64,000 bases of DNA, from positions 1 to 64,000 of the forward strand of contig JAQGDQ010000760.1 of the NCBI GenBank assembly GCA_030141605.1, given 5' to 3'. How positions within the stretch are numbered: the stretch's first letter is position 1; the number at the start of each line of letters is the position of its first letter. Below the pieces are notes generated by a model, which ran no database searches, was not told the DNA's origin, and was given only the letters and a program-made list of their open reading frames with translations. The position numbers were made by a program, and so were the translations under genes. This document shows positions 49,227 through 61,483 of this stretch, one piece after another. The stretch comes from Tubiluchus corallicola (lineage: Eukaryota > Animalia > Priapulida).

Positions 49227-49749
49227 TTTGCACAAAAAGCTTTGTTAACAAAATCACAAAGTTTTTTCAAAATTAACACTCATGTGACTGTGCATCGTAG
49301 GCGTGAGCATATGTTGCACAGAACTATCGAAAATTCTTATTTTCTGCCGTAGCGCCATCTCGTAAACACGCTTTTTAGCACTGAACATTAACCACAGATT
49401 GTTATAGCCAAGTCATTGTTATAATAATAAGCAATTTATAAATGTTCAAATTGTAAAGCTCACTTAGCTATTATTTATTCACTTATTTATCTATTCAAGT
49501 ACATATATTTAGAAATATTGTATGCAAGCATTTATTGAATTTCCAATTTAAAAACAGATGAAAACAATAAAATGATTGCAAATTACATGTATTCGTCCTG
49601 CAGTGACAATGATAGCCTACACTAGTCTGCTGTAAACTATATTATAATAGTTCCACTCAAGTGCAAGTTAAAACATTAAAATTATAATTATATGTAATAT
49701 CAAAAAGATACATAGAAAGGCTCATCATCAGAAAATTTATCAAAAATGC

Positions 49750-50410
49750 AATACTCAGTTTGTACCCCATTGTTTAAATAAATATTATGGAAACTACATA
49801 AATTGACATGAAAAATTAAAACGATTATGTGTAAAGAATAAAATTTAACTCATGAGCCAAAATAAAAAAACTTAGATTGTATTATACAGAATAGAATTAT
49901 GGGTATGAATGAATGTTAGCATTTTGATACATGGGGTACACAAATCTGTCGTTAATATATTTCCTTGCTAATTTTTTGAGTAATGTTAATGAATTAGCTT
50001 GCTTAATTTCCAAAGGGATAGCATTCCATAGATATACAGCTCATCTGGTAAACGCATTATGATCTATTAGTTGTTAATTCTGATCTGCTTTACGTTAAAA
50101 GTTCTCACATTTAAATTGGGAGCAAGTAAAATGGCAATCTATTTGAATGAATATTACGTTGGTTTTGTTGACGAATTTGAACATAAATAGAAGAGTGAAA
50201 CAGTCTCTGTGTGTGCTGATAAGATGGGAATATTTAGTGACTTTTTTGATTTGGTGGTAGAGTGCATGTTCGTCTTTGATGATTGATATATGAAAAGTCA
50301 GATATTAATTCGAATGTTAAGTTTTGCAGGGCATTTCGTTTTATAAATTTCTCTCTTTGCATTATTTAGAAAATATGGTATCTGTAAATATGGTTGGGAC
50401 TAAACAGCTA
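49750..50410 (-). mobile_element. Degenerate LINE 3' fragment
   Basis: Minus strand near 50070-49950 translates AFTR*AVYLWNAIPLEIKQANSLTLLKKLARKYI, matching the LWN.LP..IK...SL..FK terminus of L2/CR1-group ORF2. Boundaries are approximate. Confidence 0.55.
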
Positions 50411-50418
50411 AAATTTAG

Positions 50419-50535
50419 AATTCACCACGCACAAGAAATTATTTCGTGAAACTGATTAGGTTTAGAGTTAGGTTAAAAGTTAGCATTAGGTTCAATTAGG
50501 GTTAGGGTGTTGGTATTTAAATTGTGTGAGGAATT
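50419..50535. repeat. Short inverted-repeat-flanked element with a degenerate (TTAGGG)-like core
   Basis: AATTCACCACGCACAA (50419-50434) and TTGTGTGAGGAATT (50522-50535) are imperfect inverted repeats around TTAGGTTTAGAGTTAGGTTAAAAGTTAGCATTAGGTTCAATTAGGGTTAGGG. Confidence 0.55.
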
Positions 50536-50989
50536 GTAAACTCCTTCCGATTAAGCTTCTAATTTTCTTATTTTATTGTCCCCTAATTTGGCGAAGGAAA
50601 AGTCTGCATGCTTCTGGCCCATTTATTGTAAATGTTATTGAATTGATTAATGGCTAACTAGCTCAGTTTGTTGTGCACGAATAAACGTAGAAAATTTATT
50701 GCTTTGAATTGTTTTATAGTTGCATTGCCCAGTTTAAAAAGGAAAATTGAAGTATTACAAATTGACAACGCCTGAATTAAGAAGAAGCACACAGTGGAAA
50801 TTTTTTGAGGTTTATAAATAGTGACTTAAATTTTATTTTGCCTGAAAATTTCTTTAATTTAATTGTTCATTCAAAAACTAGAAGGCATAGTTTAAAACTT
50901 TTTAAAGAGCAGTCACGTCTCGATGTTCCTGAATAAACATTACTGTGAAAGTAGTAAATGAATGAACGGAATAATTCTCTGCCATGCTG

Positions 50990-51480
50990 ACTGCTGCAGC
51001 AATCCTGTTTTAACTGCAGCCCCAAAGCAGAAGCACCATCCAAAGAATGCAGTTCGTTGGAACGTAGCCCAAACCTTCTCAATTGTTCCTCACCATGTCC
51101 CACATCAACAGACTTTTCTTCAACAAAGATATCGTCAATGTATGAATCAGCAGCAGCTCGAATTTCGTTGGCTTGCGGTAAGATTGCTGCCATTATGCCA
51201 TTATCTTGGGATCCACATACCTACCAAAAGCTAATTGCATCTTTACGCATGTTCTTATATATTGCATTGATATTTGTGCAACGCAAATTTGTAAATAAGC
51301 CTTTCATAAATCTAATCATTTTGCACTTGAGCCATGCTTTCGCCGTTGTCGGAGGTTTTCTGCATAGTTTCATTACCGTGCAACACTTAGTAAATTCATT
51401 AAGCTCCTGATCGATAGTCTGAAACTGGTCCAAGCTTGTGTCAGTGCAATGCCTAGACTCTTATATGGATCTGCCATGGA
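50990..51480 (-). mobile_element. Decayed Ty3/Gypsy LTR-retrotransposon reverse transcriptase fragment
   Basis: Minus-strand peptides D.QELNEF, DL*KAYLQI (51312-51286), PKIM and SYIDDIFV (YIDD at 51142-51131) followed by LRRFGL..LDGA.ALGL, spread across frameshifts. Confidence 0.8.
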
Positions 51481-51793
51481 AGCCAAGCAATAAATAGGCA
51501 CACCACCATTTTCTCAGCAGTCTCCTAGTACACCCAACATGTGTGACTAAACATCTTAGTTCAACAACACAACATCAGGTGAATCACGGTGGTAATACGA
51601 AATCTGAAGAGGGCACATAATTATGTTTCCCGTAATCGAATTACGTCGCTCTTTTAACCTTGACAAGCACCAGTGTCACTATCTGTGTTCATGTTTGTGT
51701 CGGTCTGTTTTGAGTTTTTCGTCTACTTCGCAACATTGTTTGTTATGGCACAAGCCAGCTCTCGTAGTTATATGTGGCTGCACAGTTGGCAAT

Positions 51794-54700
51794 ATGGCTG
51801 CGCACGTGACGTTTTTACCGGTTTTAGTTTCTCTGCTTTTTGTTTATTTAGTTTTATTAAATTCCTTTGCTCAATGCGGCAGATTAATAAAGCTTACAGA
51901 GGATGACTGGACTCAGATGTTGGAAGGCGAATGGATGGTTGAGTTGTATGTTTTTTGGAATAGTTAAATAAAATTTTTGAAATCGATGAATTTGAGGAGA
52001 TACAACTAGAACTTAGAAGCAACTCATTTAATATCTGGTGCTGTCCCAGGTGAACTTCCCATAGTCTTTTGTATAATGAAGCATGCTTTCTCCTACGGTT
52101 GGTCAATTATCTTCTAATTATGCTTTACGTAACTAGCATTATCTCTTCTGTCAACTTGTGGAACGAACTTCAGGCAACTTGAAAAGTGCATCCTCACTGA
52201 GACAATGTAAAAACACGAAAGACAACTTAGAAGAATTTAAGTCAAGTAAACCCCCTTCATTTTATAGTAGGGACCAGGGTTGGTCAAATTCATCTTACTA
52301 GGATGAGGATGGGTTGTAGTCTACTTGCAGCTCATATGTATGGTAATCACATAGTTGCTTCTGTACATTGTCGGTGTGGAGCTTTAGAAGATCCTTGTCA
52401 TTGCTTTCTCGAATGTCCTCTATATCACAACTAACGTATTGACAAGTACTATCGATCTATTTTCAGCCATCATTCACAACGATGTTAACATATTGCTGTT
52501 TGGGAATTCATCTTATCCAGTGGCATTTGATAATCATATTATTTTGTTGGTTATTCAATTTATTATTCATACTAAACGATTCCTATGAACTTGCTCATCC
52601 ATAGTCATGAGTTTTCATAACTTTTTATAAACTCTAGGCACCGCACTTTGCATCATCTCAAATCACTTTCATTAATCATCCTCCACGTTTACCCATTATT
52701 GATAATATGGGTTTTTATTCAACATAAAAACTTAAGGAACATTGTATGCTAAATTGTATTGAACGACGAAAGCTTTTATGGGGAGATTTTAATGCAGTTT
52801 CTTCTGAATCTGTTAGGCAATCCGTTTAACTGTCTATTGTATCTTATCTTCACATGTATGTATGTTGTATATCAGATTTGTTTGTTAATGTTTAAACCAA
52901 AATGTTTGAAACCACAATTTGCTTACTTATTTTGAGACGTTTATTAAAGTGCCAAAAAAGTTGTCCGATTTTACATTCTTGGCATGGTGATTCTGCTGAA
53001 TTTTTTATTTTTATACTACTTTAATTAGGCCTACAACATTTTATTACTATGTACCGTTTACAGAAGACGACTTGAACAAAATTATTACCCGTGACAGCAC
53101 CTGTTAGTCTGAGTTAAGTTAACTAAGTCTTTAGGAAAAAGAATAGCAAAATATTTTTTATAAATTCCTGTAGTTGCAAAAGGTTTTAGGAAATCATTAA
53201 ATTTTTATAGTTTACTAACAATTTGATGCTGTTGTATTATTTTAGTGCAGAGACTACATACACAATTATTTACATGTATTGTAATTTTATTGCTGTACAT
53301 TTTGTGTATACATGTGTTTATTACAATAAAGTGTAAAAAGTTTTAAATAATATAATATATATTAGGCCCGTAACGATGCATCGTGACATCTTTTACTACG
53401 ATATGTGTAAAACTAAGGTGCACCCGTATCGTGATTAATGATATTTAGGAAACTGGCTTGACTGCTAACAGCTGAAGCGGTTTGAAAATGTAAGCTGTTT
53501 AATCTGTAGTAGGCTACCTGCGTTGTTTGCATATATAATTGTGTGAAATGGCAAACGTGAACCAGAAAATGCGCAAGCAACTTTTAAAGCTAAAGTATTG
53601 ATCTGGTTTGCTTTTCTCTGGTTTGCTTGTGATGTATCGTCACAGCCTAGTATATATATATATCTATATATATATATATATATCGTGAATATATATATAT
53701 ATATATACTTTATAAATATATACATATAAATATACATATCATAAATTTTTAGTTACAATCTTGGTAAATGCTACTGGTGTCATAATTTAGTAAAGCCATC
53801 TAAAGTATTTCTCAGGAAAAACATTTGTGCAATTGGGCAAAAGTAAAAAATGAGACTGAAACTGACCTGTTTAAGGCGTCGATCGATTTTTTAAGGAGTC
53901 AGAGTGTGAGTAGCTAAATGCCTGACTGACTGTAACACCAACTTAAAGTGATACGTTGTAAGACAGCCTTTGATTTTATGATTCAATGGGGAGCCATGAT
54001 TCTCAAATTACGTAGTTGTATGTTTGCAATGTTTTAGTTTTTTTCTTTAAGTAATAAGAAGTGACAATTAGCTTATTAAAATAATTTTACCTTAAACACA
54101 ACTTTTACTTAAAGTTATCACATAGTCTGAATTGAAATTTTAAAAGTTCAGCAGTCGGAGTCAATAGACTCAAATTGCAACTGACTTCACAACCTCAGAA
54201 ATTAGGTTTTCATTTACACTATGGTAGTGTAATTTTGATTTTATGTAATTACGGAGACTAAATTCAATCAGACAAATTACATCTCACTATTATATTTGTT
54301 AAATTTTATAAGAATCTTCTTACAAATTAGTACAACTTCAAATCAGTAAAATTATCACTATACCCTACTTATTAATAAGAGAAATATAAAATGACATCTT
54401 GTTCATTGGAATCTGGCTAACATTGCGATCAACTTGGTATTGGTTATGTCAGCATTTTATTTCAACTAGCAAAACCCGGCTCGCTTTGACTTTTGCATTA
54501 CTGCGCCCTTCTCTCACAAGATAGTTTCAGTCAAGGTGCAAGTTTTCTCTATCTCTTTCATTCTCTCAACCTCCTTTCTGTCTCTCTCTCCTCTCACACA
54601 CACACCCTCTTTTTCCTTTCTCTCCCTCCTAGTCATTTTGCTTTTCCCTTTGAAATTTATTGTTAAACAATTAAAACATCTACATCTAGTTAGAATGCAA

Positions 54701-57700
54701 TTTTGTTATCATTGTATCATACTGTTCCAAGAATTTTTTCGCATTGAGACAAAAATCAATAATATCTCAGACAGAAATAATTTTTTTGAAAAACGAATAC
54801 TAGTGGCTGCCCTCCAGGGTATGTCGGTCAAGACAGTATATAAAAAATTTGGGTAGGCGTGACATGGTTGTCAAACTAACAGTGCATTCTACTTTCTTGA
54901 CTGTCCTTCCTGCTGCTCTGTGCATTTTTTGCACTGCTTAATCTCTGTACATATATTTGTATACTAATTATATCTACCTCCAACTTGGTCTTGTTACGCT
55001 TGTTTTGGGCTTTAATAGGGCTTTATTTGCATATATTGTTTTACGGACTGTAGTGTAAGTATTATACCACATCTTATAGTGTATTATAGATTGGTAAAGT
55101 GAAGATTTGTGTGTGAAAGGTACAGATCTATTGTAGGTCACTTAGCTGACCTAATAACTTCACTTAAAAGCATGATAATAAAAATATAGTACAGTAAGAA
55201 CATACTTGCTGTCTTTTTGACAAATGTTTCTGTTTAATAATGACTTTTTGATCTTGCTTATTCATACTGCAATGTCATGTTCTAAATTAAATCTCGTAAA
55301 ATAAATCTGCCATATTTATGAGTTTTAAACGAAGTCAAAAATTCCGGAAATGCATTCAGCTCACTGTATTCTAAGTGCATTGTTGTGAAATTTCGTCATT
55401 TTGTTTAGTCCCTCTTGGCTCTTACTTTGACTTATGACTTACTTTCAGCCATGCACCCTGGTGCCCAGCTTGTAAATCACTCGAGACCACTTGGCAGGAG
55501 TTTTCCACCTGGAGCAAAGACTTGGATATCAATGTTGCACAAGTAGACGTGACAGAAAATCCGGGACTCAGCGGCCGATTTGTGGTCACTGCTTTGCCTA
55601 CTATATTCCAGTAAGTACCACTAAATGTATATCTTACCTACATAAAATATAAATCATGTTGCGTTTATGTGATAGCACTTTTTGGCATTTCAGTGTCAGG
55701 ACCAGTATTGACACCTACACAAATACATATAGATACATATACATATACATATTTTTAATTGTTAGTGATATTTACGCAGGACTAGACAATCATCAATATT
55801 TTTTACTTTTTCCTGCACTAACATGCATGACCAAACTTTCCAAATGGACCGGAAAACAGTGTATCCAGAAGGGTCTATATCTTTGGGTATTTTCGAAAAA
55901 CTTATGAGGTTTGCAGTAGATAATGTTTTGCAAATGCTAAAAAAGTACCTAGCTTAAGATATTGTATTTCTCAAAAAAATTAAGAAAATGATTTTTAAGA
56001 ATGTAATTTTTTGAGACCCAGACAGATCGTCTTTTTTTCAATTATGATGGCATTATTTAATATGTTAACTATTGTAACTAAGCAGCAGCTTGAACTATTT
56101 GCTTATAAACTAGCTTTTGTATTAAAAGAAAGACATGCACCGCATTTGTTGATTACCATTATCTATTATTTGTGCAACGACAAAATTTATCATTTTATTT
56201 TACTGGTAAAAACTATAATTTGCTATAAATACTGCAAATGCACAGTTTAATGGACATACAAGTACCTTAGACATTATTTTTATATTATAGTGTGAAAGAT
56301 GGTGTGTTTCGTCAGTACACAGGCTCCAGAGATAAAAATGAGCTCATGTCTTTTATTGAAGACAAGAAGTGGAGTAAAATTGACAGCGTGCCAACGTGGA
56401 AGCGGCCTGATTCGCTGCAGTATGTCTCGTTCATTAAATTTTCCATTTTTTATTTATTTGAAGACTGGGCATTTATTTCACTGTTTTATTTCTTTTTTCC
56501 TGCTGTTTGTTGTACTAGTGGTAGTAATGATTCGTAGATTCATGTTTCTTATCGTTCACAATATATTTTTTAAACTTTTAATCTATTAATTTTAGGGTTA
56601 ACTGTCATGTTTAATCACATAAATAAGCCCTTTTTTATATTTGCTCTAATTTTCAATAATATGACCAGTTACTATTTGTAGTCATCTATTTTTGTATCTA
56701 CAGTATGGGTGCTCTTGGCTGGTTCTTCCGGTTGTCTATGTTTTTACGAGTAAGTAATTTGTTACGTTCTTCAGATATTAGAGTTTTCAATATTTTCTGC
56801 AAAATTTTAACTGAGCTGCATGTGTATTAGTTAGCAAATGATGTTTGCAGCATAAACAAATTATAGTAGTAATTACATTGCAAATTTTGTTGAAAGTTTT
56901 CAGAAAACGAAAGAGAATAGAATGTACAGCTCGGTTGATATGTGACCAAAGCAAATAGAGTGGAAATGATTAAGATCATATCCAATGCTGCCAAGATAGT
57001 TTGTTATATTGTATGACGCTAAGTTGTAATTTGCATTTTCTACAAAACAATGCTTCATCTCTTATTTACGTCTTGCATTACTAGGCAACTCACCAAACAA
57101 TGATGGATGACTATGGTTTACCATACTGGGGATCCTACCTCGTGTTTGCTATTGTCACAATAATTGTCGGTTCACTATTGGGACTGGTATGCTTACTAGA
57201 CTGTTGTTATTTATTCTGTTTACTGGCTCATTAATAGCAGACAACAAGATATGAGATACGATTTACAAATTATATTGTACAAACATTGGAAGGCCGATAG
57301 TCCAGTATTCAGATTTATATGCAGAAACTGGGCCATAGGTGCAAATATACATATTGGATAATTTGGTATAAAGACTCCTATCTCTTTCTCTTGCTCTTGC
57401 TCTCTCTTTCTCTCACTCTCTCACCCTCTCACACACATTCTCTCCCTTTCTCTCACTCTCTCCGTCTCTCTAACAAAGACTCAAACTAATCAGAAATATG
57501 GCCTTCTCCATTATCTTCTGCACATGTTTGCTGTATTCACATTCTGTGTTGCTTATTTTTCAACTGAATAAATGAAAAATCTTAGTATTTTGCTCTAATT
57601 GGCCTTATCTCCAGCACAGTTATAGGTAATTTCCATATAATCACATAATTACTGCATCAGGTAGTGTACTTGTACATGTCATTATATATATCAACTTTAT

Positions 57701-58773
57701 TTGTTTTAAAAAAAATGTTTTTCTGTAGATGATTGTATGCTGCATTGACTGTATATTTCCTGTCTCCAAGACGACAAAAGGATCAGATGTAGCACATAAA
57801 AAAGATGATGATGTTAAAGATAGAGGAGCTCCTGCAAGTGAGTCATCAGAGGTAAATATTTTAGATATTTTTGCTAAAGCCAAAATAGCCAACACAGAAT
57901 TTCGAGGAGCATGAAATACACTAGTATTTAAGTCATTACAGGCTCTTTGCAGCAGCCTGTTAGCTTTGTTTGATGCTTAGTGTTGGATCAATTTATAATA
58001 CTTGAATGATGCTGTTAGTCATTTGTGTCAGCACGTTTTTGTTCTTTTTAAAGCAATGTTTACAAGACTTGCATGCATGAGTGTAACAAGTTGATACTAC
58101 TATTAGTATCAAGTTTTCCCTTTTTACTCTAGGTCTATTATAAACTTATCACACAGGCAACTGTGTTAATGGTGTAGAATTAGTGCTATTTGTGACTACC
58201 TGCACTTTTGCAACTTTAGCTACTATTGTATGCCTTATAATGCAACAGCAGGTGCTGGTTCTTGTATTGTTAATACAAATATAGTATCACTACGAAAAAT
58301 ATCACTTTGAAGACAAAACTTTGAAAATACAGAAAATGTTTCGCTCAATTCGTAAAAATTTAACTTGCACTTTTTTCCAGTGTGTTGTATTTCTTAACTT
58401 ATCCTCAATTATCGCTGCACCATGCATTCAGTAGTGTCCGTGCCGAACCATTTTTCAAATACTTTCCAAAATTCTCTAACTTTATTAAACTTATTCATCA
58501 GGCTTATTAAGTTTAAGTTTGATTTATTTTTAAATTGTTGATCGTGCTAAAACTAAATCGAGTAAATCAGAATTTTATTTAAATGCTTAATAAAATCGCA
58601 TGGCAGAGTCAAATGGAGTTTGTTAATCTTGCTCTTTTCATCATTTGCAGGAGGCTGACGATGAGGAAGATGACAAAGAGAAAAGTGGAGATGATGATGC
58701 AGGTGATGGACTCAGCCGAACAGACAGATCATCACCACGCCAAAGGAAAAACAAACCGAAAAGGGACGACTGA
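51794..58773 (+). CDS. TMX1: Thioredoxin-related transmembrane protein 1 (TMX1/TMX4 family), ER type I membrane oxidoreductase, 278 aa
   Basis: Exons 51794-51945, 55449-55610, 56291-56419, 56704-56749, 57085-57186, 57729-57851, 58651-58773 (837 nt, TGA). Signal peptide; W..MLEGEWMVEFHAPWCPAC active site; VAQVDVTENPGLSGRFVVTALPTIFHVKDGVFRQY; TM helix YGLPYWGSYLVFAIVTIIVGSLLGL; juxtamembrane cysteines; acidic tail with RQR. Confidence 0.96.
52140..52912 (+). mobile_element. 3' fragment of a CR1-clade LINE in TMX1 intron 1
   Basis: Translates SSVNLWNEL...VGTRVGQIHLTRMRMGCSLLAAHMYGNHIVASVHCRCGALEDPCHCFLECPLY and ends ATGTTTAAACCAAAATGTTTGAAACC, the same tail type as the 12017-14290 element. Confidence 0.85.
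53363..53649. mobile_element. hAT-like MITE (about 290 bp) in TMX1 intron 1
   Basis: TIRs TAGGCCCGTAACGATGCATC and the reverse complement TAGGCTGTGACGATACATC; flanks ATATATAT and GTATATAT (7/8 target-site duplication). Confidence 0.7.
53651..53740. repeat. Interrupted (TA)n microsatellite
   Basis: TATATA runs directly after the MITE. Confidence 0.9.
54545..54630. repeat. CT-rich low-complexity microsatellite
   Basis: Imperfect (CT)n/(CA)n tract; a similar tract lies at 57380-57470. Confidence 0.8.
57380..57470. repeat. CT-rich low-complexity microsatellite
   Basis: TCTCTTTCTCTTGCTCTTGCTCTCTCTTTCTCTCACTCTC... Confidence 0.8.
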
Positions 58774-60399
58774 ATCAATTTAAGTTTTCCTCATCTTTTG
58801 TACCTGTATCGGTCACCTGTACAAGACACAGTTTATAATGCGTAGATGGCGCCGTCTTTTTAGTGTCATGCACTACTAATTTATTCCCAAGAGTAAACCC
58901 GAGGCTTGGTTTTGTTTCTTGATGTTAATATTATCAAGAGTTTGCTACTAAACTAAACGTGAAATATCTCAACTTCTAACACATTCAGTAGTTTTGAAAC
59001 CAAAGGTGATTTCTTATATATGTATATATATATATAAGACATCTAAATAAAAATTATTATAAACTTTCAAATAAGTGTTTCCTTGTTACCAATTGAAAAA
59101 TCTGCCAGTTGAAAGACTACAGAATTTTTTATTTCCCAACATTTTTGATTTAATTGTGGGTAAAATGCAAATGCGATATCTGTGAATTGTGTGGTAACTG
59201 TGTTTTTATAAATTATTGTCATCATTGTTCATTTGTAAATAATAGCAGCTGGCAGTAAGTACATTCGATGTGATTTTTTTTAATAAATTACTTTTTCATT
59301 CCATTCTTTCATCCTTTAAAAATAAAAATGAACATTCTTTTGTGCAAATACTTTTTTGTTTTCTAGTAGACCTTTGGTAAAGCAAATTAACAAGATTTTT
59401 TTTTGTGCATCATGCAAAAACATTTCCAAACTTCTACTAAACTATTTCCAATAACCATAATAATTATGTAACAAAGAAAACTTTTATGCAGGGTTCCCTG
59501 AGCTTGAATCAGTGTCCTGGAAACACAAAATGTGTGTATAGTGACATTAGGCCTCTTTTGAGCCACAGCATCTTTTAGACTGGCAAACATGGATTGCTGA
59601 TGGTTTCATTTTCATGTGATTAAACGTCAATTTTGCATAATGTGCTGTGATTTTTTTTAGTTTAATTGTGGTTTTTGTAGACAAGTTTTGCTTTTGTTTG
59701 TTAAATCATAAGGTTGAAACTGTGAATACAGAAACTTTAGTCTTTGCTGCTTACTAACATTAATTGCCCAGTTTTTCAGACTAAAGTAACCAAGGTTACA
59801 AAAATTTTAGGCATACCTTTATTTACCTCTGTGTGCGTTTTAATTGGTTAGATTGTTAGTGTCAACAGAAGTTAGAGTTAATGCTTGTGTAATGAAGTTC
59901 GTTATTACAGCAAAGTAAGTTACACAAGCAAGCTTTTAACAAAGATGACAGATGATCTAATTTTTGCTTTTCTGTTATTCTATGATATCGCGCTTTATGC
60001 GCCTCAGTCGCACCTGCATAATTAGCATAGACTAGGTGGAGCATTGCATTAAGTATATTATAGAATATATGCTATTTATCACAAACAGCACTTTACATTA
60101 TTCTAGCCATGGTAACACAATATATTTGCGTATTTATAAATAATTTTTTCCTAGGTAGATGTTTTGGAAAAGTTTGCTAGCATTGTTTTTCATGTCTTCC
60201 AGTCAATGGCTACCCAATCATAATGATGTCCATGTACTTAGGATTGCCAGAAAGTTTTACTAGAAACTTTGCTTGTAGATATTTTTTGAAATTGTTGGAG
60301 TGTTTTGATTTTGTTTATATTGGAAATGTATGTCGAGGAAGCATGGCATGAGCAATTGAGCATAGCTGTGAGCCTTGTGTCTTGGGCCAAGGCGAATAA

Positions 60400-60470
60400 T
60401 TGAGTGGTTACTGTATAGCAACCGAAATTAAGCAATGCCAAGCCTGGTCCTTAAACGATGGACAACCATT
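60400..60470 (+). mobile_element. 5S rRNA-derived fragment (SINE3-like or composite SINE remnant)
   Basis: ACCGAAATTAAGCAATGCCAAGCCTGGTCCTTAAACGATGGACAACC (60421-60467) aligns by eye to the metazoan 5S internal region as recalled (ACCGAAGTTAAGCAACGTCGAGCCCGGTTAGTACTTGGATGGGTGACC). Many differences are transitions. It is preceded by an A-box-like TGAGTGGTTA. Confidence 0.5.
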
Positions 60471-61483
60471 GAATTCAATGCAGACTGTGGGAATTTCCAT
60501 CGTTCACTATTAGGGGTCTTTACTTCATTTAGAGAAGAATCAGTCGCCTCTGAATATGTCCGAGTCATGTCTGCCCATCCACTAGTGGCTGATCTTAGAA
60601 GAATCAGAATTGTATAAAAAACAACACTGCTTGCTGTCAACAACTTTCAGTCACCTGTGTGTGTACCCCATAAACAGCAAGTAGCAGCGTGTCAAACTTG
60701 TAATATTATAATCGCATTAAGAAGGTTTGTCAACTTGTTTGTATGAAAAATGAACAGGTGATTATTGTGAAAGGTTTTCTCCTTAGACGATATTCAGTGA
60801 ATAGATATTACTCTGGCATCATTAGCGTAGTGTGGCATTTCAGATAATTTGCACTGATTTAATAGTCATGATTTTTTGAATGAGTTTCTGTTGTTGTTAT
60901 GAATCAGAAGATTTGTGCTGCCTAATAATCTGCAATACTGTGTATAGTTTGAGTAAGAAGAAGCTCAGAGCTCTGCCAAGCTATTAGACATTTCGATCAA
61001 ACTGTTCTGCCTTGTGGATAATAGGGTCATTGTTACAAAATTGTCAAAATTATTATTCCTTGTCTGACAGCCTACCATAATATCATTGCTTATTGATTAT
61101 TATTTTTGTACATAACTCTGGGTGGTGGAAATTGTTTCTTGTAAATGTAAAAATATGTTTGTAAATTAAGTAAATCAATAAAACAATGTTTGGTAATTGT
61201 TATTACAGTATTTTTATGATATGCTGTTTTTTGTTACAGAAGCTGCAATTACAGTCATTACTTTTTCATAAAATCAGTTGCGTACGCATAATTTACCTAT
61301 ACAAGTGCATTCACATTGCAACTAAAATTCATAAGTTGCTACAGTGCAATTCGTGCAGGATGCATATTTGCTACGATACTTAGAGCATCAGCACATTTAC
61401 TTAAGTTAGACAAGTCATTTTGTGTAATGTTGAATTTTTCATGCAGAAAAAATTGGCAACAGTTTACTCAAAACTTATGAAAA

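Noticed and set aside
51623-51793. 57-aa N-terminal extension of TMX1 from an upstream in-frame ATG
   Set aside because: The ATG at 51794 gives a normal signal peptide and exon length; the extension is unstructured and probably lies upstream of the TSS.
53465-53737. 90-aa YI-rich ORF
   Set aside because: Translation of a (TA)n microsatellite plus a MITE.
60428-60643. Short ORFs on both strands between TMX1 and the P450
   Set aside because: No domain or splice partners; they overlap the 5S-like repeat remnant.
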